Source of the DNA: Devosiaceae bacterium
GTDB lineage: Bacteria > Pseudomonadota > Alphaproteobacteria > Rhizobiales > Devosiaceae
Reading direction: 5' to 3'
Length of the DNA: 64,000 bases
Assembly: GCA_036563245.1 (NCBI GenBank)
Contig: DATCMU010000009.1
Location: 15,093 to 79,092 of the forward strand
Shown: positions 50,283-64,000 of the stretch, piece after piece
Layout: each line of letters opens with the position of its first letter
Position numbering within the stretch: the first letter of the stretch is position 1
Notes under the pieces: generated by a model
The model's input: the letters and a program-made list of their open reading frames with translations, nothing else
What the model was told of the DNA's origin: nothing
Database searches by the model: none
Made by a program: the position numbers and the translations under genes

Positions 50283-50935
50283 GCAAGCCCGCCGCCCGGC
50301 TGCTGGCTTGGCTCTCGCCGGCATTCCCGGTCGGAGCCTTCGCCTATTCCGGCGGCCTTGAATCGGCAATTGCGTATCGGCGGGTAACCGATTCCACGGC
50401 AACGCAAAACTGGATTGAGGGAAGCCTGAAGGCCGGCAGCGCCTTGAGCGATGCTGTGGTGCTGAAAGAGGCATGGGAAGCCGGGGCAAATGCCGCCCGC
50501 CTGTGCGAGATTACCGATTTCTGCCTCGCGCTGATCGCTTCGTCCGAGCGGCGCCTTGAAACCCTGCAAACCGGAACTGCGTTCGTTGCAGCCGCTCGCG
50601 CGTGGCCAGACCCGGTGTTCGACCTGTTGCCGGCGGAATGCCCCTATCCGGTCGCTGTAGGCGCGATGGCGAGGGCACAAGGACTGGCGCTGGATGAAAC
50701 GCTGGCCGCATTCCTCACATCTCTCGTTCAGGCACAGATTTCGGTCGCGGTTCGCCTCGTCCCCATTGGCCAGACCGATGGGCTCCGGATCCTTGCGGCC
50801 CTGGAACCGGCCATCGATGACGCTGCCGCATACGCCGAGGCAACCTCGATTGATGGCCTTCTTGCCCTTGGATACGCTGCGGATATCGAAACGATGCGCC
50901 ATGAAACACTGACCACACGGATATTTCGCTCATGA
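50279..50935 (+). CDS. ureF: urease accessory protein UreF
   Basis: 218 aa. [21 protein letters not shown] is typical of the UreF N-terminus. Confidence 0.9.
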   Translation: MSKPAARLLAWLSPAFPVGAFAYSGGLESAIAYRRVTDSTATQNWIEGSLKAGSALSDAVVLKEAWEAGANAARLCEITDFCLALIASSERRLETLQTGTAFVAAARAWPDPVFDLLPAECPYPVAVGAMARAQGLALDETLAAFLTSLVQAQISVAVRLVPIGQTDGLRILAALEPAIDDAAAYAEATSIDGLLALGYAADIETMRHETLTTRIFRS

Positions 50936-51567
50936 CCTTCTCTCCCAACGGCCCCTTGCGTATCGGCATCGGCGGCCCGGTCGGCTCGGGCAAGACGACC
51001 CTGTGTGAAATGCTGCTCAAGGCGCTGCGCGACCGCTATTCCATGGCCGTGGTCACCAACGACATCTATACCCGCGAGGATGCGCTGATCCTCGCCCGCG
51101 CCCAGGCAATATCCGAGGACCGGATTGTCGGGGTGGAAACCGGTGGCTGCCCGCATACCGCCATCCGCGAGGATGCTTCGCTGAACCTTGCCGCCATCGC
51201 CGATCTCAACCGCCGCTTTCCCGACCTCGACATCGTGCTGATCGAGTCCGGCGGCGACAATCTCGCCGCAACCTTCTCCCCCGATCTCGCCGACCTCACT
51301 ATCTATGTCGTCTCGGTGGCCCAGGGCGAAAAAATGCCGCGCAAGGGCGGCCCCGCCATCACCAGGTCCGATCTCCTGGTCGTCAACAAGACCGATCTTG
51401 CCCCATATGTCGGCGCGAACCTCGGCGTGATGGAAGCCGACACGATCAAGGCCAGGGACGGCCGACCCTATGTGTTCGCCGATCTCCTGCGCCGAAAGGG
51501 CCTCGACGACATCATTGCATTCGTCGAACGGGCCGGCGGCCTCTCCGGCAACAGGCTCGCAGGCTGA
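50932..51567 (+). CDS. ureG: urease accessory GTPase UreG
   Basis: 211 aa. It has the P-loop [11 protein letters not shown], the metal-binding [11 protein letters not shown], and ESGGDNL. Confidence 0.96.
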   Translation: MTFSPNGPLRIGIGGPVGSGKTTLCEMLLKALRDRYSMAVVTNDIYTREDALILARAQAISEDRIVGVETGGCPHTAIREDASLNLAAIADLNRRFPDLDIVLIESGGDNLAATFSPDLADLTIYVVSVAQGEKMPRKGGPAITRSDLLVVNKTDLAPYVGANLGVMEADTIKARDGRPYVFADLLRRKGLDDIIAFVERAGGLSGNRLAG

Positions 51568-51568
51568 A

Positions 51569-52039
51569 ATGACCCGGATCGCCCCGCTTCGCATGCGGCT
51601 GGACCTGGGCCGCCCCCTTCGGGAGCCGCAATGGCCTGCTGGCATCGGCCGTGTGCCCGTTACTCCGGCGCGCGCCGCCGAGGCTCATGCCCTGCTCGAA
51701 AAAGCCTATGAAAACGGTGCGGGCGAAGTCGCACCGCCCGAGCAATGGTGGCGCGACCTTCAGGCTGACAGCGAATACGACCCCGCCCTGTTCTTCGTCG
51801 CCGCAAACGGTGACGGCAAGATCGCTGGCCTCGCGCTGGTATGGACGTCTTCCTTCGTCAAGGACCTGGCCGTGTCGCCCGCCGTGCGACGCCAGGGCGT
51901 CGGCACCGCCCTCATCATGACGGCAGCCCGCGAAATGAAGGCACGCGGCGCGTCACGACTGGACCTCAAGGTGAAGGCGGACAATGTCCCCGCCATCCGC
52001 CTCTATCGTGCGCTGGGCTTTCTGCCGGTTGCCGAGTGA
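51569..52039 (+). CDS. GNAT-family N-acetyltransferase
   Basis: 156 aa. VSPAVRRQGVGTALI is the acetyl-CoA motif A, and the protein ends AIRLYRALGF. The ATG lies 1 nt after the ureG stop. Confidence 0.8.
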   Translation: MTRIAPLRMRLDLGRPLREPQWPAGIGRVPVTPARAAEAHALLEKAYENGAGEVAPPEQWWRDLQADSEYDPALFFVAANGDGKIAGLALVWTSSFVKDLAVSPAVRRQGVGTALIMTAAREMKARGASRLDLKVKADNVPAIRLYRALGFLPVAE

Positions 52040-52047
52040 GGGCCCAA

Positions 52048-54060
52048 TCAGGCAACCAATGCCACCACAGTGCGCGGCGGGAGCGTCACCTGCCCGCTCT
52101 TTTCGAGCTTGACGTGTTCCTGTGACGACACCAGCCCCACTGACCACCGCCCGTCTCCGTGCGGCGGCGGGCACTTCGCCTTGAGTTCCACCCGGTCTCG
52201 ATTGAACCACAGCAGAACCTGGTTGTTCTCGATATTGAGCTGCACACCGAGCACGCAGCCGCGCGCGTCGTGCCAGTCGCCGATCTGCATTTCGGTACCC
52301 GCCGCCGACAGCCAGATGACGTCGCGTACGCCGTGATGCTTGTGCCCGTTCAGGAAATGATCGTCGGAAAGCGCGGGGTGCGATCGCCTGAACTCGGCGA
52401 GTTGCGCGACAAAATCGATCAGTTCGACGTCGGCCTTGTCCCAGTCGAGCCAGGTGACTTCATTGTCCTGGGCATAGGCATTGTTGTTGCCGCCCTGGGT
52501 CCGGCCCATCTCGTCGCCCGCCGTCAGCATTGGCGTGCCGCGTGAAAAGAACAGTGTGGCAAGCAGGGCGCGCACGTCGCGTCGCCGCGCCGAGATTATC
52601 GCCTTGTCGTCGGTCTCCCCCTCCACACCATTGTTCCACGAGTAGTTCTGGTTGTGTCCGTCGCGATTGCCCTCGCCATTCGCCGCATTGTGCTTGTTGG
52701 CATAGGCGACGACATCGGCAAGGGTGAACCCGTCATGGGCGGCCACGAAATTGACGCTCGCCGTCGGCCGGCGTCCGCCGTGCCGGAACTCCTGCGACGA
52801 GCCGCTGAGCCGATCGGCAAGCCGCCCCAGCATGTCCCCGTCGCCGCGCCAGAATCGACGGATTTCGTCACGATATCTGTCATTCCATTCGAGAAATTGC
52901 CGGCCGAACGCTCCGAGCTGGTAGCCGCCGGGTCCCACGTCCCACGGCTCCGCGATCAGCAGGCAGCGCGACAGTACGCTGTCCTTCCGGATCGCCTGCA
53001 ACAGGGGCGCTTCCGCGTCGAAACCGTTGCCGTCACGTCCCAGGATCGTGGCCAGGTCGAAACGGAACCCCGACACCCCGCCCTCGCGGACCCAGAGGCG
53101 CAGGCTGTCGATGATAAGGCGCTGCGTTGCCGGGTGCTGGCAATTCAGGGTGTTGCCCGTCCCCGTGTCGTTGACCAGGCGAAGGGCGCCGTGCTCGCTG
53201 GCGAACTGGTAATAGGTGGGCGCATCCAGGCCCTTCAGGCTCAGGGTCGGCCCCGAAAGATCGCCTTCGCCGGTGTGATTGTAGACCACGTCGAGCACAA
53301 CGTTGATCCCGGCCTGGCGTAACTGATCGGTCACTTCGCGCAACTCGCGCATTCCACCCGGCATCAGGCGCGGGTCGGGCGCCGAATAGGCGATCGGGTT
53401 GTAGCCCCAGGCATTGGTCAGCCCCAGGTTTCCAAGGTGCCATTCGTCCACCCACGCCGCCACCGGCATGAGTTCGACGGTATCGGCTCCGATCTTCCTG
53501 AAATGCTCGATGATCCTTGGCGCCGAAAGCGCGGAGACCGTCCCGCGCTGTCCCGTGGCCACGCCGGGATGGCGCTTGGTGAAGGCCCGCACCGGCACCT
53601 CGTATATCAGGCCGGGGCGGGGAACGCGGCTGGGTGGGGCAAGGTTCTCGCGGCCGGCGACAATGACGGCCTTGGGCACCAGCGCCGCGGTATCGACGGC
53701 CCGGTCGCGGGGAAGTGCCAGTCGCGCATCATAGGCAAAGGCCCGGTCGAGCCGTCGGGCATAGGGATCGACCAGCAGTTTCTCGGGGTCGAAGAACAGG
53801 CCCTGGTCCGGCGCATAGCGGCCGTCGGCGCGCAGCCCATACCGAGCCCCCGCACCGATGCCGGCGACCAGGCCGTGATGGACATGGCCATCGCGGCCAT
53901 CGAGCACGATGCGGTCGGTTTCCCGATCCCTTTCGTCAAAAAGGCAGACCAGGATTGTCGAGGCGTTCTCCGAGTAGACGGCAAAATTCACGCCGTCGGC
54001 GGCGACCGTCGCGCCAAGCGGATCGGCGCGGCCTGCGTTTGGGACAAGTCTGGGCTTCAC
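52048..54060 (-). CDS. glgX: glycogen debranching enzyme
   Basis: 670 aa. GATVAADGVNFAVYSENA is followed by GH13 catalytic blocks (VVLDVVYNHT, GFRFDLA, EPWD, FVAAHDGF). The start is GTG. Confidence 0.92.
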   Translation of the reverse strand: MKPRLVPNAGRADPLGATVAADGVNFAVYSENASTILVCLFDERDRETDRIVLDGRDGHVHHGLVAGIGAGARYGLRADGRYAPDQGLFFDPEKLLVDPYARRLDRAFAYDARLALPRDRAVDTAALVPKAVIVAGRENLAPPSRVPRPGLIYEVPVRAFTKRHPGVATGQRGTVSALSAPRIIEHFRKIGADTVELMPVAAWVDEWHLGNLGLTNAWGYNPIAYSAPDPRLMPGGMRELREVTDQLRQAGINVVLDVVYNHTGEGDLSGPTLSLKGLDAPTYYQFASEHGALRLVNDTGTGNTLNCQHPATQRLIIDSLRLWVREGGVSGFRFDLATILGRDGNGFDAEAPLLQAIRKDSVLSRCLLIAEPWDVGPGGYQLGAFGRQFLEWNDRYRDEIRRFWRGDGDMLGRLADRLSGSSQEFRHGGRRPTASVNFVAAHDGFTLADVVAYANKHNAANGEGNRDGHNQNYSWNNGVEGETDDKAIISARRRDVRALLATLFFSRGTPMLTAGDEMGRTQGGNNNAYAQDNEVTWLDWDKADVELIDFVAQLAEFRRSHPALSDDHFLNGHKHHGVRDVIWLSAAGTEMQIGDWHDARGCVLGVQLNIENNQVLLWFNRDRVELKAKCPPPHGDGRWSVGLVSSQEHVKLEKSGQVTLPPRTVVALVA

Positions 54061-54076
54061 TGTCTGCGTCGCACCC

Positions 54077-57152
<3,076 letters not shown>

Positions 57153-57156
<4 letters not shown>

Positions 57157-58424
57157 TTGCTCGCCTGGTAGCGATCGATCATGGGTTGAGTAATCAGAAC
57201 CACGCCATTTTCGGTGCGCCGGAACCAGCGTTCGTCAAAGTCGGGATCCTCGCCGACCACCAGTCCCTCCGGAATATCGACGCCCCTGTCGATCACCACC
57301 TTGGAGAGCCTTGCCCCGCGACCGATCTGGCAGCGCGGCAACACCACCGCCTCGTTCAGTTCGGAATAGGAGTGCGCCCTCACGCCGGTGAACAGCAGCG
57401 TGCGCTTGATCGCCGATCCCGACACGATGCAGTCACCCGAGACCAGCGACGAAATCGCGCTGCCGCGCCGTCCTTCGAGATCATGCACGAACTTGGCCGG
57501 CGGCGTGATCTCGGCATAGGTCCAGATCGGCCAGTCCCGGTCGTAGAGGTCGAGCTGCGGCACGACATCGGTCAGATCGATATTGGCCTTCCAGTACGCA
57601 TCCACCGTGCCCACGTCGCGCCAATAGGCGACCTCCTCCATGCTCGAGCGCACGCAGGAGCGGGTGAACCGGTGTGCCCACGCGGTGCCGTTCTTCACGA
57701 TATAGGGGATGATGTCCTTGCCAAAATCGCGGCTCGATCCCTCGGTGGCCGCGTCGCGCCGCAACTGCTCCATGAGGAACTTGGTCTCGAACACATAGAT
57801 GCCCATCGACGCCAGCGAATAGTCGGGCTTGTCGGGCATGCCCGGCGGGTCCTTGGGTTTTTCCACGAAATCGACGATCCGGTCGCGCCCATCCACATGC
57901 ATCACGCCGAAGCCGCTGGCCTCGAGGCGCGGCACCTCAAGGCACCCCACGGTCACGTCCGCACCCGTGTCCACGTGCTGGCGCAGCATCACCTCATAGT
58001 CCATCTTGTAGATGTGGTCGCCGGCCAGGACCACGATGTACTTGGGCCCATAGTCCTCGATGATATCCATGTTCTGGTAAACCGCGTCGGCGGTGCCGGC
58101 ATACCACATGTCTTCGGCCACGCGCTGGCTGGCGGGCAGGATGTCGAAGCTCTCGTTACGTTCGGGCCTGAGAAAGTTCCATCCGCGCTGCAAGTGCCGG
58201 ATCAGGCTGTGCGCCTGGTACTGGGTTGCGACCGATATGCGCCTGATGCCCGAATTCAGGGCGTTTGACAGCGCAAAATCGATGATGCGCGACTTCCCCC
58301 CGAAAAAGACCGCCGGCTTCGCCCGGCGATCGGTCAGTTCCATCAGCCTGGTGCCACGTCCCCCCGCCAGCACATAGGCCATGGCGTCACGAGCCAGCGG
58401 CGCCGGTGTCCGATATTGAGCCAT
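57153..58424 (-). CDS. glgC: glucose-1-phosphate adenylyltransferase
   Basis: 423 aa. It has [31 protein letters not shown] and the left-handed beta-helix C-terminus. Confidence 0.95.
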
Positions 58425-58448
58425 GAAGTTCTCCTCCAGATGCCCGGG

Positions 58449-60644
58449 TTACTCCGGGTCGAATTTCAAAAACAGGGTCGACAGGGGTGGCAGGGTCAGC
58501 TCCGCGACCGCGGCCATTCCGTATTCGCTGCTCTCCCTCGCAACGATGACACCCGAATTGCCCATGTTGGATCCCGAGTACCAGGCGGCGTCGGTGTTGA
58601 TCCGTTCGCTCCATTTCCCCGCCACCGGCATCGGCAGGCGATAGTTCTGGCGCGGGACCGGGGTCATGTTGCTCACCACCACCACCGGATCGGCGCCGGG
58701 CGCCTTTCGCACCCAGGCGAACACCGAGTTCGCAGCGTCATTGCCGATCAGCCATTCGAAGCCTTCGGGCTCGCAGTCCCGGGCGTGCAGTGCCGGCAAC
58801 TCGCGGTAGACAGAGTTCAGGTCGGCCACCAGGCGCCTGACGCCCTCGTGCATCCCGGCATCCAGGAGGTTCCAGTGCAGCGCCCCGGCCTCCTGCCATT
58901 CCTCCCGCTGCGCGAATTCCTGGCCCATGAACAACAGCTTCTTGCCCGGATGCCCCCACATGAATGCATAGTATGCCCGCAGGTTGGCGAACTTCTGCCA
59001 GTCGTCGCCCGACATCTTGCTCAACAAGGAACCCTTGCCATGCACCACCTCGTCATGGCTGAGCGGCAGGATGAAATTTTCCGAATAGGCGTAGAGCAGC
59101 CCGAAGGTCATGTCCTGGTGATGATAGCGGCGATGCACCGCCTCCCGCGCCATGTAGCGCAGGGTGTCGTTCATGAAGCCCATGTTCCACTTGAACCCGA
59201 ACCCAAGCCCGCCGGCATAGGCGGGATGGCTCACGCCCCCGAATGCGGTCGACTCCTCTGCCACGGTGAACGCGCCGGGATTCTGGCCATAGCTCTCCGA
59301 ATTCATCCGCCGCAGGAATTCGATGGCCTCGATATTCTCGTTGCCGCCATACTGGTTGGGCACCCACTGCCCTGGCTGGCGCGAATAGTCGAGGTAGAGC
59401 ATCGAGGCCACGGCATCCACCCGCAGCGCGTCGATATGGAACTTGCCGAGCCAGTAGAGCGCGTTGTTGACAAGAAACGCGCTCACCTCGCGCCGGCCGA
59501 AATTGTAGATCAGCGTGTTCCAGTCGGGATGGAACCCCATGCGCGGATCTTCGTGCTCGTAGAGCGCGGTGCCGTCGAAACGCGCCAGACCGTGCTCGTC
59601 GGTGGGGAAATGGGCCGGCACCCAGTCGATGATCACGCCGAGCCCGGCATTGTGGGCGGCGTCCACGAGCTTGGCGAAACCCGCCGGATCACCGAATCGG
59701 GCGGTGGGCGCATAAAGGCCGGTCGGCTGATACCCCCATGAGGGATCGTAGGGATGCTCGGACACCGGCAGGAACTCGAGATGGGTGAACCCCATGTCCA
59801 CCGCATAGGGGACGAGCTGCTCGGCAATTTGCGCGTAGCTGAGATAGGAGCCATCCGGCCGCCGGCGCCACGAACCAAGGTGCACTTCGTAGACCGACAT
59901 GGGCATGCGCCGCCAGTCATGCGACTTTCGCGCCTCCATATAGGCGTCGTCGGTCCATTTGAACGGCTTGGGGTCGGCGACCACCGAAGCGGTCTTGGGC
60001 CGGAGTTCGGACTGGAAGGCAAACGGATCGGCCTTGAGCGGTAGAAGGCGGCCGTCCCGGCCCACGATCTCGAACTTGTAGATCGTCCCCGGCCCGACCC
60101 CGGGAATGAACACTTCCCAGATGCCGGTGTCATAGCGGCACCGCATCGGGTGGCGGCGCCCGTCCCAGTCGTTGAAATTGCCGACAACGCTGACCCGGCG
60201 CGCATTGGGGGCCCAGACCGCGAAATGCACACCGTCCACGCCCTCGAAGGTCATGGCGTGGGCGCCCAGCTTGTCAAACAGCCTCAGGTGAGACCCTTCC
60301 CCAATATAGTAGTCATCGAGCGGCCCGAGCACGGGCCCGAAGCTGTAGGGATCGAGGACGTCCCACTCGCCGCCCTGGTTCTTCGCGCGGTAGCGGATAG
60401 GGCAATAGGCATCGACGGCGATTTCGCCCTCGAAGAACCCCGCATCGTGGCGGCGCTCCAGCTTTCCCAGCGATCGCCCCTGCCGATCGAAGGCCTCGAG
60501 CTCATCAGCATGCGGCACGAAAGCGCGCGCAACCCAGACCTTTCCGTACTGGTGCGGACCGAGCACTGAAAATGCATCGGTATACCTGCCGGAGACAATG
60601 TCCTCGACGACGCTAGCGTCCGCCTTCCAGCTGGTATTGCTCAA
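58449..60644 (-). CDS. glgB: 1,4-alpha-glucan branching enzyme
   Basis: 731 aa with GH13 blocks ([29 protein letters not shown]). The TTG start lies 7 nt after the glgP stop. Confidence 0.93.
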   Translation of the reverse strand: MSNTSWKADASVVEDIVSGRYTDAFSVLGPHQYGKVWVARAFVPHADELEAFDRQGRSLGKLERRHDAGFFEGEIAVDAYCPIRYRAKNQGGEWDVLDPYSFGPVLGPLDDYYIGEGSHLRLFDKLGAHAMTFEGVDGVHFAVWAPNARRVSVVGNFNDWDGRRHPMRCRYDTGIWEVFIPGVGPGTIYKFEIVGRDGRLLPLKADPFAFQSELRPKTASVVADPKPFKWTDDAYMEARKSHDWRRMPMSVYEVHLGSWRRRPDGSYLSYAQIAEQLVPYAVDMGFTHLEFLPVSEHPYDPSWGYQPTGLYAPTARFGDPAGFAKLVDAAHNAGLGVIIDWVPAHFPTDEHGLARFDGTALYEHEDPRMGFHPDWNTLIYNFGRREVSAFLVNNALYWLGKFHIDALRVDAVASMLYLDYSRQPGQWVPNQYGGNENIEAIEFLRRMNSESYGQNPGAFTVAEESTAFGGVSHPAYAGGLGFGFKWNMGFMNDTLRYMAREAVHRRYHHQDMTFGLLYAYSENFILPLSHDEVVHGKGSLLSKMSGDDWQKFANLRAYYAFMWGHPGKKLLFMGQEFAQREEWQEAGALHWNLLDAGMHEGVRRLVADLNSVYRELPALHARDCEPEGFEWLIGNDAANSVFAWVRKAPGADPVVVVSNMTPVPRQNYRLPMPVAGKWSERINTDAAWYSGSNMGNSGVIVARESSEYGMAAVAELTLPPLSTLFLKFDPE

Positions 60645-60651
60645 GCCTCAC

Positions 60652-63129
60652 CTACCTTTCTGAAACAGGGACTCTCCAAATGTCTTCAGCATATTGTCGC
60701 ATGGTCCGATCGGAGGAGAACCAGCCAAGATGGGCCGTGTTCCTGATCGCCATTGAATACCACTTGCGTTTGTCGTTCCAGAGACCGTCGATCTTGCGCT
60801 GCGCGGCGGCGTAGGCATCGAAATCGCGCGCCACCATGAACCAGTCATGATCGTAGACGCCCGAGACCAGATCGCGGTAGCGGTCCCGGTCATCCGGCGA
60901 GAACACGCCGCTGCGGATCGCGTCCAGCGCCTCGCGCAGGTCCCTGGAACCGTCGATTGCCGCGCGCGGCGACAGCCCCCGCGCCCGCTTCTCATGCACT
61001 TGGTCCGCCGTGAGCCCGAAGATCATGATGTTTTCATCGCCCACATGGTCGCGCATTTCCACATTGGCGCCATCGAGCGTGCCGATGGTGATCGCACCGT
61101 TCAGCCCGAGTTTCATGTTGCCGGTGCCGGACGCTTCCATGCCCGCGGTTGAAATCTGCTCGGAGAGATCCGCGGCCGGAATGATCGTTTCGGCCAGGGT
61201 GACGTTGTAGTTGGGCAGGAACACGACCTTGAGAAGCCCACGCACCGCCGGATCGTTGTTCACCACCGCGGCCACGTCATTGATCAGCTTGATGATCAGC
61301 TTCGCCGTCCAGTAGCTTGGCGCCGCCTTGCCCGCGAAGATCTTCACCCGGGGCACCCAGGCCTTTTCCGGATGAGCCCTGATGGCATCGTATTGCGCCA
61401 CGGTCTCGACGATGTTGAGAAGCTGTCGCTTGTACTCGTGGATCCGCTTGATATGGATGTCGAACAGGGCATCGGGCGAGACGCCGATCCCCAGCCGCTG
61501 GTGGATGAGTTCGGCCAGCCGTACCTTGTTGGCCCGCTTCACCGCGGCGAACTGCTTCTGGAAGTTCGGATCCTCGGCATGCGCGTCAAGGCCCGCCAGC
61601 ATCTCGGTATCGTCGAGAAAGCCGGGGCCGATCCGACCGGCGATCAGCCGCGTGAGGCCGGGATTGCTCTGGAACAGCCAGCGGCGCGGCGTAATGCCGT
61701 TGGTCTTGTTGTTGATCCTGTTTGGAAACAGGATGTTGAGATCATGGAACACCGTCTGCTTCATCAGTTCGGTGTGCAGGGCGGAAACGCCATTGATGCT
61801 GTGCGATCCCACGAAGGCCAGTTGCCCCATGCGCACCCGCCGGCCGGCATGCTCGTCGATCAGCGACACGGCCGCGATCTGCTGGTCGTTGAAGCCCTTG
61901 TCGCGCCGCGCGACCGTCAGGACCTCGGCGTTGATTGCATAGATGATCTGCATGTGCCGCGGCAGGAGGCGCTCCAGCAGCGCCACCGGCCAGGTCTCCA
62001 GCGCCTCGGGCAGAAGCGTATGGTTGGTATAGGAAAAGACCTCGGTGGTCATGCGCCAGGCATCGGCCCATTCCAGCCCGTGCTGATCGATCAGGATGCG
62101 CATCATTTCGGCAATCGAGATGGCCGGATGCGTGTCGTTGAGCTGGACCGCCACCTTGTCGGGCAGCGTTTCAAGATCGCCATATTGCTGGATATGGCGC
62201 CGGACGATGTCCTGCAGCGAGGCGGACGAGAAGAAATACTCCTGGCGCAGCCGCAATTCCTGCCCTGCCGGGGTGGAGTCCGCCGGATACAGCACCTGCG
62301 TGATCGTCTCGGCCCGGGCGCTCTCGGCCAGGGCGCCGACGTGGTCGCCGGAGTTGAACTTGTCGAGCAGCAGCGGATCGACCGGCTGCGCGCTCCACAG
62401 GCGCAGCGTGTTCACGCGGGCGCCGCGCCAGCCCACCACAGGCGTATCGAATGCGACCGCCAGCAGGTGCTCTTCGGGTTTCCATTCGTGCCGGAGCGTA
62501 CCATCGGGCTGCGAAACGGCTTTCACATGACCGCCAAATCCGATCTCGTAGGCGCTCTCGCGCCGCTCGAATTCCCAGGGGTTGCCGTGATTGAGCCAGG
62601 CCTCGGGCAGTTCCACCTGCCAGCCGTCCGACATTTCCTGGCGGAACAGCCCGTGCACATAGCGAATGCCGTAGCCGTATGCGGGTATCTCGACAGTCGA
62701 CATGCTTTCGAGAAAGCACGCTGCCAGTCGGCCAAGCCCGCCATTGCCAAGGGCCGCATCCGGCTCGAGTTCGAAGATGCTGTCCAGCCTGACGTCGAAC
62801 GTCTCGAGCGCCTCCCGGACCTGGTCGAGAAGACCAAGATTGCTCACCGCATCGCGCAGCAGCCGCCCGATCAGGAATTCGAGCGACAGGTAGTAGACGC
62901 GCTTGTCCGAGTTGCGCCAGCTCTCGCGCGTCGACTCCATCCATGCATCGATGATGTAGTCACGCACCGCGCGCACCGTGGCGGCGAGCCAGTCGTGCGG
63001 ACGAGCCACGATCGGATCCTTGCCCACCGTATAGGTGAGTTTTTCAAGGATCAGCGCCGCGAGCTTCTCCGAGGTCGTCTGCCGGGGTTCCGGCCGGGGA
63101 CCATCATAAACGATTGGCTTCTGGGCCAT
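60652..63129 (-). CDS. glgP: glycogen/maltodextrin phosphorylase
   Basis: 825 aa from MAQKPIV. The pyridoxal-phosphate region is EQISTAGMEASGTGNMKLGLNGA, and the body is GT35. The track ORF is over-extended by 31 codons. Confidence 0.95.
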   Translation of the reverse strand: MAQKPIVYDGPRPEPRQTTSEKLAALILEKLTYTVGKDPIVARPHDWLAATVRAVRDYIIDAWMESTRESWRNSDKRVYYLSLEFLIGRLLRDAVSNLGLLDQVREALETFDVRLDSIFELEPDAALGNGGLGRLAACFLESMSTVEIPAYGYGIRYVHGLFRQEMSDGWQVELPEAWLNHGNPWEFERRESAYEIGFGGHVKAVSQPDGTLRHEWKPEEHLLAVAFDTPVVGWRGARVNTLRLWSAQPVDPLLLDKFNSGDHVGALAESARAETITQVLYPADSTPAGQELRLRQEYFFSSASLQDIVRRHIQQYGDLETLPDKVAVQLNDTHPAISIAEMMRILIDQHGLEWADAWRMTTEVFSYTNHTLLPEALETWPVALLERLLPRHMQIIYAINAEVLTVARRDKGFNDQQIAAVSLIDEHAGRRVRMGQLAFVGSHSINGVSALHTELMKQTVFHDLNILFPNRINNKTNGITPRRWLFQSNPGLTRLIAGRIGPGFLDDTEMLAGLDAHAEDPNFQKQFAAVKRANKVRLAELIHQRLGIGVSPDALFDIHIKRIHEYKRQLLNIVETVAQYDAIRAHPEKAWVPRVKIFAGKAAPSYWTAKLIIKLINDVAAVVNNDPAVRGLLKVVFLPNYNVTLAETIIPAADLSEQISTAGMEASGTGNMKLGLNGAITIGTLDGANVEMRDHVGDENIMIFGLTADQVHEKRARGLSPRAAIDGSRDLREALDAIRSGVFSPDDRDRYRDLVSGVYDHDWFMVARDFDAYAAAQRKIDGLWNDKRKWYSMAIRNTAHLGWFSSDRTMRQYAEDIWRVPVSER

Positions 63130-63281
63130 GTCGCCTTCTCTGCAGTCATTGCGATGTTCCCCTCTGGCGGTAGATTGGCACGGCGGGAAGTATCTTGCAA
63201 ATCCCGTGAGATGGCGGGACACGCGTTCTGCTGCGGATTTTCCAAAACGTTTCGATTTTCCAGCGGCTCACAACCGCCGGC

Positions 63282-63983
63282 TCACCCCGCGGCGCGCGCC
63301 TCGGCGGCCTCGCGTTCGATCCACTCCATGCCCCCAAGCGCTTCCACCAGCGGTCCGATCCACGGCTCGTAGCGTTTCCAGCGATTCGCCGAACGCCTGT
63401 TGATCGGCTGCCGGGCCTGGAACTTGCTCGCCGTGCGGATGATCCTGTCGGACTGTTCAGGGCTCAGGCACGCCTCTTCAAACCCAAGATCGAGAAAATC
63501 GAGCACGCGCGTGATCCCTGCCTCGGGATCTTCAACGAGATTCTCATAGCTCACGTCGAGGATGGGAAGGCCGGTAATCTCGCGCCAGCCTGCCATCGCG
63601 CCGACGATGTTGTGATAGTGCTCGCCCAGCCACTCCAGCTTGCTGCCATATTCCATGCCCCGACCGAAGCGGACAAAGAGGTTGGAGATGCAACTGTCGA
63701 GTGGATGCCGGCGCATGTAGAGGATCCGTGCTCCCGGGAAAAGTCGCGAAATCAGCCCCAGCCGCATCGCGTTTTCTGGATTTTTGTCGGTGAAGAATCG
63801 ACGTCCCGCCATTTGCCCGGTCATGTGATCGAGAATGACATTGGCGTTCTCTCGATAGATTTGAACCGGAACATGCCGCAAGGCGGCAACGCGGTTGCCC
63901 ATATATCCACGATCCTCGCGCAACCAGCGCATCAGGGCATTTTCGACCTGCCCGACAAAGTGCAATTCGCCAGCCGCAAACAC
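63282..63983 (-). CDS. sulfotransferase-family protein (C-terminal part; the reading frame stays open to the window end)
   Basis: It has DKNPENAMRLGLISRLFPGARILYMRRHPLDSCIS...YENLVEDPE...RTASKFQARQPI, the sulfotransferase PAPS-binding region pattern. The expected N-terminal P-loop (PRSGTT-like) is missing. The listed start is GTG and there is no upstream in-frame stop before position 64000, so the gene probably begins outside the window. Confidence 0.7.
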   Translation of the reverse strand: MFAAGELHFVGQVENALMRWLREDRGYMGNRVAALRHVPVQIYRENANVILDHMTGQMAGRRFFTDKNPENAMRLGLISRLFPGARILYMRRHPLDSCISNLFVRFGRGMEYGSKLEWLGEHYHNIVGAMAGWREITGLPILDVSYENLVEDPEAGITRVLDFLDLGFEEACLSPEQSDRIIRTASKFQARQPINRRSANRWKRYEPWIGPLVEALGGMEWIEREAAEARAAG

Positions 63984-64000
63984 CTGCGAGTGGCGGCCCA

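Noticed and set aside
63177-63199. TGGCAC ... TTGCA upstream of glgP, resembling a sigma54 promoter.
   Set aside because: The spacing between the two elements (12 nt) is too long compared with the ~5 nt expected after TGGCAC. The element is also on the plus strand, pointing away from glgP.

Overview
This is a high-GC chromosomal segment (most 60-nt lines look above 60% GC by eye). The gene content and order look alphaproteobacterial, Hyphomicrobiales-like. All family calls come from reading the translated ORFs and sequence motifs from memory; no database search was possible.

The window has four blocks:
- (1) 1-14.5 kb, minus strand: a dcw division/cell-wall cluster, ftsA(partial)-ftsQ-ddl-murB-murC-murG-ftsW-mraY-murF-murE-ftsI-ftsL-rsmH. 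It is tightly packed with many 1-4 nt overlaps and conspicuously lacks murD and mraZ.
- (2) 14.6-38.7 kb: mixed housekeeping and accessory genes.
  - An XRE/membrane/quinone-oxidoreductase operon, RNase P RNA (rnpB), and a TerB-J-domain protein.
  - A SahR-like regulator plus metF, and a DUF2336 protein.
  - Divergent katG/oxyR, then MOSC plus rarD.
  - Two tandem host-attachment-family paralogs.
  - A small low-GC islet with a RelE/ParE-RHH toxin-antitoxin pair and an orphan gene.
  - ettA, yciI, DUF2461, a TolB-like propeller, and a YdeP/FdhF-like oxidoreductase.
  - Divergent lrp/ald, and two paralogous small secreted proteins.
- (3) 39.0-52.0 kb, plus strand: 16 co-directional genes for urea uptake and urease: urtABCDE, ureD, ureA, NiCoT, ureB, ureC, MliC-like, ureE, YrhK-like, ureF, ureG and GNAT. 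A sigma54-type promoter with TGCA-repeat enhancer-like sites precedes them.
- (4) 52.0-63.1 kb, minus strand: the glycogen operon glgP-glgB-glgC-glgA-pgm-glgX, followed by a sulfotransferase gene that probably runs off the window.

I saw no transposase, integrase, CRISPR array, rRNA or tRNA. I found no clear multi-gene novel system.

The best candidates for something undescribed are:
- the low-GC TA-plus-orphan islet (27.8-29.2 kb);
- the duplicated secreted-protein loci that share a leader 13-mer (37.2-38.7 kb);
- the tandem host-attachment paralogs;
- the uncharacterised genes embedded in the urease cluster.

Many long ORFs in the track are antisense shadows typical of high-GC DNA and were rejected.
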